Shown in pieces: positions 49,801 through 61,660 of a stretch of 64,000 nt of DNA. The stretch lies in assembly GCA_964036045.1 (NCBI GenBank), contig OZ038378.1, forward strand, positions 80,290,001 through 80,354,000, given 5' to 3'. Positions within the stretch are counted from its first letter, which is position 1. Each line of letters starts with the position of its first letter. This DNA comes from Eutreptiella sp. 'Long Island Sound 2002'. Its lineage: Eukaryota; Protista; Euglenida. Under the pieces are notes generated by a model. The model was not told the DNA's origin, made no database searches, and saw only the letters and a program-made list of their open reading frames with translations. Both the position numbers and the translations under genes were made by a program.

Positions 49801-52800
49801 CGATTCGGTGTGGCCCATCTATTTGGGGCCAAGGACTCCCACGCTTTGGTGTGCCCCCTTGAGTTGTGGTTAAGGGCTTTCATGCTTCGGGGCCCCTTCG
49901 TTGTGATTAAGGATTCCTACTATTCAATGTCGTTCCTTGAGTTGGGGTTACGGACCTCCGCCGTTAGGTGTGCCCCCTTGAGGTGTTGTCGATGACATTC
50001 ATGCTTCACGATGGCTTCATGAGTTGGGGTTAGGGACGATCAAGCTTCATTCTGGCGGTTATAGCTCAGCTCGGGCCTCCGAGAATCTGGTTTGGCCCTC
50101 TAAGTTGGGCGTTAAGAAGTCATTCACTCTAGTGTGGCTCCTTGAGTTGGGCTTAAGGACTCCCAGACTTCTCTTTGGCCCCTTGAGGTGTGGTCAAGGA
50201 CTCTTGTGGTTCAGCACGACCCGATGATTTGGGGTTAAAGACCGCCACGCTTCGCGGTGGCCACTTACATACGGGTTAAGACACCCATGCCTCGGTGTGG
50301 CCCGGCTAATTGGGGATAAGGACTCCCACGCTTAGGTTGGGCCCCTTGAGTTGCGTGGTAAGGACTGCCACGCTTTGGTGTTGGTCTTTGATCTGTGCTC
50401 AAGGACACACACACCTTAATCCGACCTCTTTAGTAGTGTTATCAGGGTCCCATGCTTTGGTGTGGCCTTTGTAGTCGGTGTTAAGGACTCGCACGACTGC
50501 CTAGCACGTCTAGGTGAGGTTAAGGGCTTCCGCGCCTAGTTGTGGCCCGTCTAGTTGGGATTAGGGACTCATACGCTGCAATGTGGATTATTGTGTTGGG
50601 GAAATGGATACCCATGCTCAATGTGGCCTCTTGAGCCAGGGTCATGGCCTATTACCACTCGGCATGGCCCTTCACGTAGACATCAAAGACTACCATCCTT
50701 CTCATTGGCTCCTTGACTTTTGGTCAAGGACTGCCACGCTTCGGCATGCCCCCTTGAGTCGGCGTCCAGGATTCCCAAGCCCCGCCTTGGTGGTTGAGTT
50801 ATGGGCAAGGACGCCCATGCTTCAGTGTGTCCCGGTGAATTCCGTTGATGTACTTCCTCGCTTTGGTTTGCCCTTTCTAGTTGGGGTTAAGGACTCCCAC
50901 GTGCCGGCATGGCCTGGCTAGGTTGGGTCGTGGGCTCCTACGCTTGTTTTTGCCCCCTTGGTCTGATGTGATCGTTCGCTATTGTCCTTTGAGGTGGAGT
51001 GATGGACTCCCACTTTTTGTTGTGGCCCATTGCATTGGGGTCATGGACTCCCACACTTGAGTGTGGCCCCTTGAGTTACGGTCAAGCACTCGCACGCTTT
51101 TGCATGGTCCCTACTTTAGGGGTGATGGACTCGCACGCTTTTATGTGGCCTGTTAAGTTGGGGTTGAGGGCTTCCATGCTTGTGTGGAGCACGTGTAGGT
51201 GCCGTTAAGGAATCCCATGCTTCAATCTAGCCATTTGAGTTGGGGTTCATGCCGTCCACGCTTGATTGTAGTTTTTTGATTTGGGGCTATTTATCCCTAT
51301 GATTAAGCGTGGCCTGTTGGGGTGACGGGCTTCCATTCCCTGGCGTGGCCTCTTGACGTGTTGCCAAGGACTCCGACCCTTCGCCATGGCCTCTTAAGTG
51401 GGGATTAAGGACTCTTACACTTCGGTGTGTCATTCTGAGTTGCTCTAGTTGACTGCCATGCTATGCCACGGCCCCTTCAGTTGGGGTTAAGGTCTCCCAC
51501 GCTTTGGTGTGGCGTATCTAGTTGGGGTTAAGGACTCCCACATTTCATGGTGGGCCGTCTCGTTTTGGTCAAGGACCCCCTTGCCTTGGTCTCTCCCCCT
51601 AAGTTGTGGCCAAGGACTCAGTATGGCCCCTTGAGTTGGGGTGATTGGCTCCAACTCTTTGTTGTGGCCTATTTATTTGAGGTTCAGGTCTCTCACACTT
51701 CGATGTGGCTTGTCTACGTGGGATGAAAGAGTTTCATGCTCCGCTGTACCCCCTTGAGTGGGGTGAGAGGGCTCCCGTGCATGTTGCCGGTTGTGTTGCG
51801 GGTAAGGAGTCTTATCCTTCCTTGTGTTTTCGTGAGTCGGGATGGTGGACTTGCGGGCTTTGGCACAGCCTCACTAGTTGGCACCAAGGACTCCGCGTCG
51901 CATAGCACCCCCTTAGGTTGGTGTCAATTGCTCGAATGTTTCGGGTTGATGGGCTCCCACGCTTGGACGTGGTCCGTCTAGTTGTGGTTAAGGACTCCCA
52001 TGCTTCGTTGTGGCTCATCTAGGCAGGACAAAGGGCACCCACGCTTTAGCGTGCTTCCTTGAGTTGTGGTTAAGGACTGCGATCTTTTGGTGTGGTCTGT
52101 CGCGTTGGGGTTGAGGATTCTCAAGCTTTTTTCTGGCCCCTTGTGTTGTGCTCAAGGACTCCCATGCTTCAGCATGGCCCTTTGAGTTGGGTTTACGGAA
52201 CTTCCCTCTTCGTCCTATCACCTTGGTTGTGTTAAGGACTCCCGCGCTTCGGTGTGGCGTCTTCAGTTGTTGTCAAGGACTCTTGCACTTTAGTGTGGCG
52301 ACTTGGGTTGGGCTCAAAGACTCCCATGCCTCTTGGTTCCTTGAGTTACGGTTATGGACTATCACTCTTCGTTGTGGCCCCTTGAATTGGGGTGAGGGAC
52401 ACCCACCCGTCCTCACCGCCTCTTGACTTGGGGTCGCAATCTTTTAGGCTTCCGGATGGCCCGTTCAATTGTGGTTAAGGACTCTCACACTTTGGTGTGG
52501 CCCGTGGATTTGGGTTGAAGGACTCCTACTCTTCAATGTGGCCCCTTGACCTCGTTTAAGGACTCCCGCGCTTCGCTATAGCCTCTTGAGTTGTCGTCAA
52601 CGACTCCCACGCTTCAGCATGGCCCTTGGAATCGGCGCAATGGTCTCATACACATTGGTGTGGCTTGTCTAGTTGTGCTTAAAGGGCAAAAAAGGCCTCC
52701 CACGCTTTGCGTTGGCCCCTTGAGTTGGGGTGAACAACTTCCACATTTCGGGTATCACCCTTTGAGCTGCGGTCAAGGACGCCCATGCTTTAGAGTTGCC

Positions 52801-52972
52801 CCTTTAAACTGGCTTGATGGACTTCCAAGCTTTGCTGTTGCCTATCCTTGGAGGCAAGGCTTCCCACGGTTTGGTGTGGCCTATCCACGTGCGGTTAGGG
52901 ACCTCACGCTTCGCCCTAGCCCCTTTAGTGGGGGTCAAGGACGCCCATGCTCTAATTTTGCCCCTTTGTGTA
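46837..52972. repeat. Satellite B block (contains a MITE and an inverted patch at ~49391-49530)
   Basis: 41-bp period counted (AAGG at 52477 and 52518). Confidence 0.95.
48885..49195. mobile_element. Second (AACCGCC)n MITE copy
   Basis: AGGGCGGTCCTT...AAGGACTGCTCT ends. Flanks CCCACGCT / CCCACACA may be a decayed 8-bp TSD. Confidence 0.65.
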
Positions 52973-53343
52973 CCCTTCATGAACCGGCCGTTTGAATCCG
53001 AGATTCACGTTACCGTGAATTTCGCAACTTTTTGCTGTGTTTTGCTCGTAACTTGGTGCCATCGTGTGTGTTTTTCATGCTATCTTCCCCCAAAGTGAGA
53101 TCCAACAAATGTGTGCAAATTAGAGGTTTTACATAGCCACATGGTTCAACACGTTTGGTGAGGTTCGGGCAACTCTGAAATTCACGCACCCAAATTCACA
53201 CATAAATTCACGCTAGGTTCACAGATTCACGAGACTGTGAAATTCGCACGAAATTCGTACCAATTTTGTACGAATTTGCCCCAATTGGCACTGTCCCGCT
53301 TTCTCAGAGCCGTCAGAGCTCTTCTTTGCATCTTCGTTTGACC

Positions 53344-55240
53344 ATGTCCCATCACACCTTGTCCCAGCTCGCCAGCCTGCAGTCCCGCCCCGATCTCGCT
53401 GCCGACACCCTCTCCCACTACCAAGCCCTCCCCGTTGCTCACCACCGATTGGAGGAGGCGACCTACCAGTCGGGGGCACTGGGGGTGGATGATGTTGTGG
53501 GCTAGGCGATCCCTCGACCCCTCCCCCGATGTGCCCCACCCGCAACTCCTATCTTGGGGCGAAGGCCTGGGCCACAAATTTTCGCAGTGGACTCCGCCGC
53601 CAACTCCCCTTCCTTAAATTTTGGCATCTGACCCCTCAACCCGCTACCATGGACCAACTCCTGAATTCCATGCGAACTAACCCGGTGGGGAAGCCTAAGG
53701 ACGCCCACGTCCAGGTGTACCCCACCACTAACCTTGTGTATACCCTCCCCAGTTGCGACATGGTGTGCCTGCACAATCTTGCTGCCGGTGCACCGGCTGA
53801 CCACTCCTTGTTCCCCTTCTCCTGGCAGCTTGCCAGCCCCCGTAGGTGGGAGGATTTGGGCATCGCTCCTTTCCATCCCACCATCCCCCCACTGTTGCAC
53901 ATCCCCGGCATCACCCACACCACCTTCTACAGTACAAGTTCTTTGCAATGGTACCGTGGTGCCTCAATGCCCCCCCCCCCCTTCATCTCGAGTGAACCCC
54001 CCCTCAGCACTGAGCACCTTCCCGACCCCCCTCATGGGGTGATGGGCAACCCCGAGCCCGCCCCGGACAGGGTTGGCCCCTCCCAGCCGCCCCTCAACTT
54101 TGTTGATGGGAACATTGTGCTTCGGGGGCTTGTGGATGCACGGGATTGTGAGATGGGATGGAACAAGGTGATGAAGGCGTGGGGCAGCGGCGACAAAAAA
54201 GCCGTCGCAAAAAATTTTGACCTGCTTTTCAACCAGGGCGGAGTGAAGATCAAGCAAGGGATGCCGATCTCCCCCGGCGTGGGCAAGGCAAAAGCTACCT
54301 GGGCTCGGGGGTCGGGAGGCCTCTCTTCAAGAAGTTCCACCCCCCCCCTCACCGAAAGTGTCCCCGAGGTAGGGGACCTCCACGTAGTCACGCCGGGCAG
54401 CGTCATCGTAGCGAGTGTGGGAGTGGGGCCCAGCTCCCCCACACACATGTCGCCATCCACCCCGAGGTGCTCCCCCCGACAGCAGGGACATCTCGGGGTA
54501 TTACCTGCGTAGCTTCCTCTGCCTGTTAGAGGACTTCCAGGTAGCGGTGTAGGCGGGGACGGCCCTGGGGGAGGGAGGGGGAGGCGCGCTGGGACACCAT
54601 TCGGTTGCAGAGGGGGGCATGCTGCTGATGGTGGTAACCAGCCGCCACCATGGGTTGCCCGCCCTCCCCGACTCCAAGGATGGGCTGCACGGGGCTTCTT
54701 ATAACTTGTGGAATTTTGACCCCCGGCACCGCCACTACCAGCCCAACACCACGCACCTGGACCCCCCCCCCCCGAGGGGCCTTGGCCGTTGCTGGGGATT
54801 TGTCCAGCTGGGACTTCCCAAGCGTGGACCAAGTGTTGTTGCCCAGGCCCTCTTCGCCGACGCCCTTGAGGCGGTTCCGGCCAGCCCCCCCACCTGCCCT
54901 TTCCACCCCACCTTCCTCGTGCGCTGCGCCCCGAGGTCCGATCTTGCCGACATGGAGATCGCCGAGCAGAGCATGCTCTTTTTCGTGGGGAGCGTGCACC
55001 AGATCGAGATCTGCAGAGGGACAACGTGGATGCGAAGTCGGAGATCCACTTCGCCATGTCGGGCGTTCCTACCCCGGTGCAGCCGAACATGCTGTGGCAT
55101 TTGGTCAACACAGCCCCAGCGTGGCGGTCGCCCAGATGTTCGAAGGCTGGGGCATGGTCAATCACATGTCCATGTGATAGCAAGGTGTGCTTGCTTGTGT
55201 GTTTGCCTTCTTTATTGCCAAATTGGACGAAATTCACCAT
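53344..55240 (+). pseudogene. Accessory gene A of the RAG1-like element, frameshifted, unassigned
   Basis: Chain of overlapping + strand ORFs (53266-53505, 53435-53617, 53529-54512, 54619-55242), bounded by palindrome clusters. Confidence 0.5.
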
Positions 55241-55439
55241 AAATTCGTACGAAATTCGTACGAATTTCCTACGAATTTCACGTGACTGCCTGTGTGTGAA
55301 TACAAAAGCTTATGTGAAATTCACACGAAATTCGTACGAATTTCTAATTAATTTCGTCAAATTTTTTCGTTTTACTGTTGCATTGTTCCATCTTTGCTCC
55401 CCCTTTCTTCATTGGTGCCTGGCACACTTCTCCCTATAT

Positions 55440-56987
55440 GTAGGTCCCGTTCCACGCGTGGTCGCCGGACATTCGGCCCACAGCCGCCGCGGATTCACGC
55501 CCCGGCCCCGTGTGCTGGCGCCCGAGCAAGAGAGCGAGGCGGCCCGAGCCACCGGTGGTGGACGGGCCCCGAGCGAGGCCGGCAGTGAGCGTAGTGAGGC
55601 CTCGCGGCGCTCTGGACGCACTCCAGGTGGCCACGGTGAGACCAGCTCCGGTGCGGGGCATGCCGTGCGGGAGGTGGTCGTCCCCATGCCGTCCCGCGAG
55701 GACTTGGGCACCAACCACCTCGACCCCTCGCTGAACCGGGTCACCCTCGCCCCCAGGCAGCATCCGGCCTGGAAGCAGAGGGTGGCGCCCAGGCCCGACG
55801 GGCGGCAGCTGCATCTCTGTGCCGTGTGGGACCTGGCCTTGGAGGCCCGGGGGGTGCAGGGCACCCTCTGCATCTCCTTCCCCTGCCCCATTGTGGTCAT
55901 GGGGGGTTCCAACCTGCCCCAGGGGCAAGAGTTGATGGGCATGTTTTCCTACCGGCTTGTGAGCGGGCACTGGCAGGTGCAGACAGGGGTGGCGCGGACT
56001 GGGGAGGAGGGGACGGTGACCACGGCTGGGGTACTTGGGCTTAATGTCATCACGGGGTGGCAGCAGCGGCAGGAGGAGTGGGTGGACGTGGCATGGCTTG
56101 CCATGCGCGTCTAGCCGGGGAGGCAGCAGTAGGGGGGGTTGACGTCATTGACGTCACGGGAAGGACGACTCCCCCCCCACCCCGTTGGCCCGGAAGCGGA
56201 AAGCCCCCCCCCCCCCAACCGGCACCGATGCCCCCCCCCCCCCCCCCCCCCACAAAGCCCCGCGTACCCCCACCCCGGCCAAGCGGACGGAGCCGGCGGC
56301 ACGGTGGGGGCAGAGGGGGGCGGTGGGGGAGTGGGTGGAGTAGCAGCATCAGCTGCAGAGGGCAGGGGCGTGGGAGGTGGAGTGTGGAGGCCGCCAACCG
56401 CAACCTCGAGGCCCGCGTATCCAGGGCCAATGAAGACAGGCGCGCCACCGAGACGCGGTTGGCGGAGGTCACCAAGGAGAGGGACTGCCTGGTCACCGGG
56501 GTGAAAACCCGGAGCGCACCCTAGGGACGGCGTGCAAGGCCGCGGGGGCACCGGCAAAGCCACCGCCCCAGACAGGCGAGCGGACTGAGGGTGCCGCGGG
56601 CCCCCCGCTGGAGAGGGCGGGGGGGACCCCAATGCCGCCGGTGTCCGCTACCTACTGGCTGGCGCGCACGCCTGGCATGCCCAGGCCGAGGCATGCGCCA
56701 GCAAGATGTCGTCCGTGTCGATCGGCCTCCGGTTGGCCATGGGGTTGAGTGGCCAGCGGGTCAAGGTGGTCACCGAGGCGCCCGACATGGCCAGGGTGAG
56801 TGCCACCCACGAGGACGTGCGCTGGCAGTACCCCCCCCACCGCCTCACATCAGCGGGCATGGACCCCTCCTTCGTTGAGGCGATGGTGGAGCAGAGCTCC
56901 CAGGGCTCCGCTAGCCGGAGCTGTGCTCCAGGAGGGGGGGGGGGGCGTAGCTCACCCTTGAACTTCGGGACCACCTGTCCCTTGTAA
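55440..56987 (+). pseudogene. Accessory gene B of the RAG1-like element: beta-rich domain, poly-Pro, coiled coil, small C-terminal domain
   Basis: ORF 55026-56114 (real part from ~55440) shifts into 56057-56524 and then 56706-56987. Contains IVVMGGSNLPQGQELMGMFSYRLVSGHW. Confidence 0.5.
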
Positions 56988-57520
56988 CCTGCATGGATAT
57001 TATTTGTACACTTTTATATAGGAATATATGTACAAATATACAGCCCCCCCCCCCCTTGGGCAGTTTGCCCGAGATGTGGGGTACTCCTCCTCCACTTTGC
57101 TAAATGTTCTTCAGCACTGTTTGTATTTTAGTTGGGGTGTCCTGTGCCCGTTGATCTGTTACACGGCTGAGGGTGTCAGCCGAAATAATGACCATTGGAT
57201 TGGGTGTGCGGTAATCCGTGAGCTTCATCCTGTGCTTGCTTTGTGAGGGCCAAGGAGGGCAAAAGGATGAGTCAAATTTTTTTTTAAAAAAATCGCTTCG
57301 ATTCACGAGAAATTTGTACGAACCTCGTACGAATTTCGTACGAATTTTGTGCGAATTTCACATAAGCCTCAATATTCACACACATTCATTCACGTGAAAT
57401 TCGCACGAAATTCCTGAAAATTTCACTAGATTCTCACCAAATTTATTCACCTAGGGAATGGGGATGGTATAAACCTACGATAAAAACGTAGCCAATTCCA
57501 CAGGCTTTGTACCAAACGCC

Positions 57521-59164
57521 ATGCCGCGGCCCAAGGAGCCATTCCATTTGGTAGCGGATAGTACACGACGGAGGCGCCTACAAGAGCTCCAGCAAATTGT
57601 TACCAAGGAGCTTGCAGCACCCTACACCGTCAAGTACCTGCCTGACACCGGGCAAATAGTGCTTACGCCAGAAACAAGAGTTGTAGTGGCCGTCCTGCCT
57701 GAGCCCACCCTGGAGGACAGGCTGATAATGGCCGTTTGGCGGATCCGGTCGTTGCACATCTCTAGGACAAAGTTGCGGTACCTACTGGGGAGCATGACGT
57801 ACGCTCTCCTATGGGACCAAGTGTACGGCATGCTTCGGCAGCTAGCGGTACCGGAGTCCCGGGCGTTCACTGCCTATACGGGAGACGACACGACCATCCA
57901 TGGTGCGGCCTGGTACCTACCCAACTGCATCGGCCACCTGTACAAGTGTCGACCACCCCCACCCTCGGACATCATGCAGCCCGTGGACCGGCGGCTGCAT
58001 TGGTTGCCCATTGCGGTGGCTCGTACATTGAGGCATGAGGTCTCGTACGTCCATTGCTCGCTCGGTGGCTCCGCCAGCCCCTACCTACTATCTAGTTGGT
58101 GGCTACTGGGGGGCTGTGAAAAGTGGGAGACCCTCTACGCGGCCTCCCAAGAAATCGATTTTAATGACGAGTTGCGCAAGGTCGCAACCGTAAGTTTTAA
58201 AGATGCGGAAGGGAACGATAGGCAGTCACTTTTTTTTCTCTGTGCAGATGGAAAAGCATAGGTGCTCATGGCGGGCTTCCAAAATTGGAAGGCAGAATCC
58301 CCTGGTGCCGCCGTGTGTTGGGTTTGCATGCGCAAACGTGCTGTTTGCCTTGCTACCTTTGGCACAACTAGTGCGATAGACTGCAACTGGGAAGGGGCTG
58401 TTGCCATAGGTGCTATACATAGAACCATTACGGCTGATAGGCGAGTGCCTGATTATGGCCTGCATGGGGTCCTTCGTGTCCTCTCGTGTGGCATCAACGC
58501 GACACGAGACCTAGTTGTACAATTGATAGGGAAGGCACACTGTGGCATGCACCATGCTGCAACCGGTTCTAGATGAGGCACGGCTTGCTGCACGAATTTG
58601 CACCCGTGCCTCGTCAAACAATTACAAGGCAAACGGCAAGGGGAACGTAAGCATGGAGTGTGCTGCTGCCATTCATTTCATGCAGAACAGGGGTTGTGAG
58701 AAGATAAAAGATGCTTGCCTACAACATCCCAGAGTGAGGCAGCCTCAAGTAGGAGGAAAAAGTTGGGAGTTGGTGTGCAAAACGTGGTAGGAGAATTTTG
58801 CAAGCATGTGTCCATACGCTTGGCATCCGCATGGTTCTTCGGGGCCGACTTGGGGCGGCTCCGGAACCATAGCACACCCATTGGCAGCGCCCACAATGAC
58901 CTCCGGTGGGGCAAAATTCTGTGGACGCATCTTTGGACGGACCACCTGTATTATTTTGCAAAGAAGTGGAGAATCTTGTCAAAGTTGTTCTGCTTTGCAA
59001 TGGAGGGAAGTCACCGGAGGCTGAAGCACATGTTGCGCAACAGCGGGGGCCTAAACCTCCTCAGGGGGAGACTAGGGGTGCAAGTGGTTGTGGACAACCA
59101 CACCATCGATGGTAGCCTTTGGTCGCATGGGTGGGATGCGCCCAAAAGGGCGCAAAATGGTTAA
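57521..59164 (+). pseudogene. RAG1/Transib-like DDE transposase, full length (~550 codons) but disrupted (copy 2)
   Basis: First Asp mutated to Ala (58019-58021), CADGKA (D 58247-58249), VCWVC, PDYGLHG, WTHLWTDH, AMEGSHRRLK (E 59003-59005). Stops at 58259-58261 and 58788-58790; frameshifts near 58538 and 58822. Confidence 0.78.
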
Positions 59165-59749
59165 GGGCCCATGAGTGTACAAACGTATGCAAGCCGTACA
59201 AGAAGACGGCTTCTAACCGACAAGCAGCACCTTCAGACTCTACAGCGGCACTTCCGGTGTTGCAAGAGACGGGCATGAGCTCACAACACGAACCCACACC
59301 ATTGTTGCCTGTGGCCAGGGTGCATGCAGGGATGCACTAGAGAGCCTACTAGGGGTGTTAGGACAAATTAGGGGGTGCACACCGGTAACATTTGTGTAAA
59401 AGCACGTGAATTCACGTGAAATTCGCACGAAATTCGTGCGAAATTGGTACGAAATTCGTGCGAATTTCGTACCAATTCACATGAATCCACGCCTATGAAT
59501 CAGCTACAGGCTTGCCGGGTTTTGGCACCTCTCGCTTGGGGCGCGGTTTGGGCATGGTGGATGCTTTTGGGGCGGGACCTTCATCGGATAATGCCCAATG
59601 AAGCTGAGTGAAGAATTTTGCCCCCGCAAATCCCTCAGAAGGAACCAAAAATACGGCGCTTTCCCCGGAAAACCTCAAAATTTGGGTCGATTCACGCGAA
59701 TATTTGCGCCAGATTCAAACGTCCACTTATCCCTCGTTCACGAAGGGTA

Positions 59750-60270
59750 CATACTTGGTGTCTAGGAATACCACGCCTTGGAGTGGCCCCTTGACTAGGG
59801 GTCAAGCACTCCCGTGCTTCCGTGTGGCCCCTTGGGTTGTGGTCAAGGACTCCCCCGCCTCAATGTTGCCCCTCGAGAAGGCGTCGAGGACACCCACGCC
59901 CTAGAGCAGCCCCTTGACGTGGGGTCAAGGATTCCCATCCTTGCGTCTAGCCACTTGAGTGGTGATGGAGGACTCCTTTGCCTTACTGTTGCGCCTTGGC
60001 ATGGGTTGATGGACTATCAAGCTTTGGTGTGGCCCGTGGGCTCCTTGGGTCGTCGTCAAGGACTCCCATGCTTCAATGTGGCTCCTTGAGTTGGTGTGAA
60101 AAGTCCCCCACCCTTTGAAAGGGCTCCGTGTGTCGTGGTTAAGGACTCCCACGCCGCCGCGTGGCCCCTTGAGACGGCGTCAAGGACTTCCACATTTTGC
60201 TTGGCCCCATCGAGTTGTGCTCAAGGACTCGCGTGCTTCAGTATGGCTCCTTGCGTTGGGTTGAGACCAG
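59750..60270. repeat. Satellite B block
   Basis: 41-bp monomers resume right after the transposon end. Confidence 0.9.
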
Positions 60271-61660
60271 CGAGGAGTGTGATGTGGCAACGGCACAGGC
60301 AAACAAGGCGGACCAAGCCTTGGAAAAAAGCGAGAACGCTGACATCATGGCGATGGGGAAGAAGAAGGGGACGGGGCGGGTGCTTGAAAAGATGAAGGAA
60401 AAGTTGTCGAGTTTCATGGAAAAGGCAGACAAGACATCACACACGTACTACTTTGGGGAATGGATGACCGGCGCAACATGCGCGACCCGCTCAAGCAGCA
60501 TGCTGGGCTCCGCTGCAAACCGCCAGCGGGGGCACCGGGTCCCCTAGGGGATATGCGCCTCCACTGTCTCACAGTGGTTTGGTACCGAAAGGGCACGTCT
60601 CAACTAAAGGGGAGCAAGCGAAAAGAGATGGCAACAAAAAGGCGAAGAAAGCGACCGTTGTTGGTGTTGCTACACACGCAGAGCATGCCCCGAAGTGCAG
60701 GCCACCAACAACTGTGAAGATAAAAGAACAACTCGATAGCATCATCTTCGATGTTTCGGAACTGCCGGCCGCCCGCATGCTGGTCAAGGCCCTACAAGCA
60801 CGAGGGGCAACGGTGGCAATGCGCATGAGCACAAAGGCATCCCCGAACCGGTGTGTGTATGATGCCATCATCGGAACCACAAAGTTGGCTCTTGTTGGCT
60901 TGAAGCGATGGCATGAGGTCACAGCCAAGAATTTCAAATGCTGTCCCTCCCGCGAATCAAGCTTGCTTTGGGGGACGCTGGACCGGTGGTTGCAGGGAAG
61001 CAGGTCAACATTCACAAAGCGTGTTATTCTAATCAAGTCAAGCTTCCAAGAGGCCTAAAGGGAGAAGCGGCGGCAATCCAATGCGGCGAAGCACAAAAGG
61101 AACCCGTACTGCCCAATCACCACCCCGCAGCTGCCCACGGCCCTGGCGTTTCCAGTGTACGCCGCTCATGGATAGATGACGCCTCGCTATGCCTTCCGCT
61201 ACTGGTAAGCACCCAGACGTAGCGAGGAGCTTTTTGTTATGAGGTATGGCGGGTTGCCAACAGCGGATTGTGCAGACCAACGGGTTGCGGATAGCACGTG
61301 GTCTTTTCGGCCGGGTCCGTCATGAGGACCATTGGGTGAATGTTGCCGTGGTCAACGACAGCCAGACAGGGCCCCATTGAGCCGATGCCGTTGAAAGAGT
61401 ACCCTTGGTTGGAACTATGCCATGAGTGAGGATGCGGGGACAGAGGTTGGAGAACCTTACTTGCTATGTTGTGACCAAGTTGCAAACGATGCAAATTGGT
61501 AGTAAATGCGGGCAGCTAATATAAAAAGGGAGTTGCATCGCGTTGATTCCAGTGCCCGTGTGGCGTGACCAAGGCACTCTCTAGAGCTCTTGATTCCACG
61601 CTTGCGCAGCTTGTGCAGGCGAGGCAACAGATGGCAAGTGCGCGGCCGGTAGCATTACGT
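60271..61660 (+). pseudogene. Degenerate TE-type coding region with a possible Ulp1/SENP-like protease
   Basis: Lys/Glu-rich helices, then WIDD (61169-61180), EDHWVNVAVV (His 61330-61332) and TDGKCAAG (Cys 61639-61641), across broken frames. Confidence 0.35.

Larger units (their letters stand above)
52973..59747 (+). mobile_element. Complete 6775-bp three-gene RAG1/Transib-like DNA transposon (copy 2)
   Basis: Left CCCTTCATGAAC vs right GTTCACGAAGGG (TIR 11/12). TA at 52971-52972 and 59748-59749 in a TG-TA-CA context. SatB on both sides. Confidence 0.88.

Noticed and set aside
25444-52995. Short ORFs within satB blocks
   Set aside because: These are satellite translation artefacts.
54032-56974. 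Long minus-strand ORFs (402, 177, 178, 173 aa) in the RAG1-like element, as a convergent RAG2-like gene
   Set aside because: Low-complexity Gly/Pro/Arg antisense translations of the + strand genes, with no repeated Kelch pattern.
59748-59754. TACATAC as part of the transposon terminus
   Set aside because: It is shared by both right ends, but the left end mirrors only TG-TA. CCC/GGG ends with a TA duplication in a preferred palindromic target is the simpler reading, though more copies are needed to be sure.
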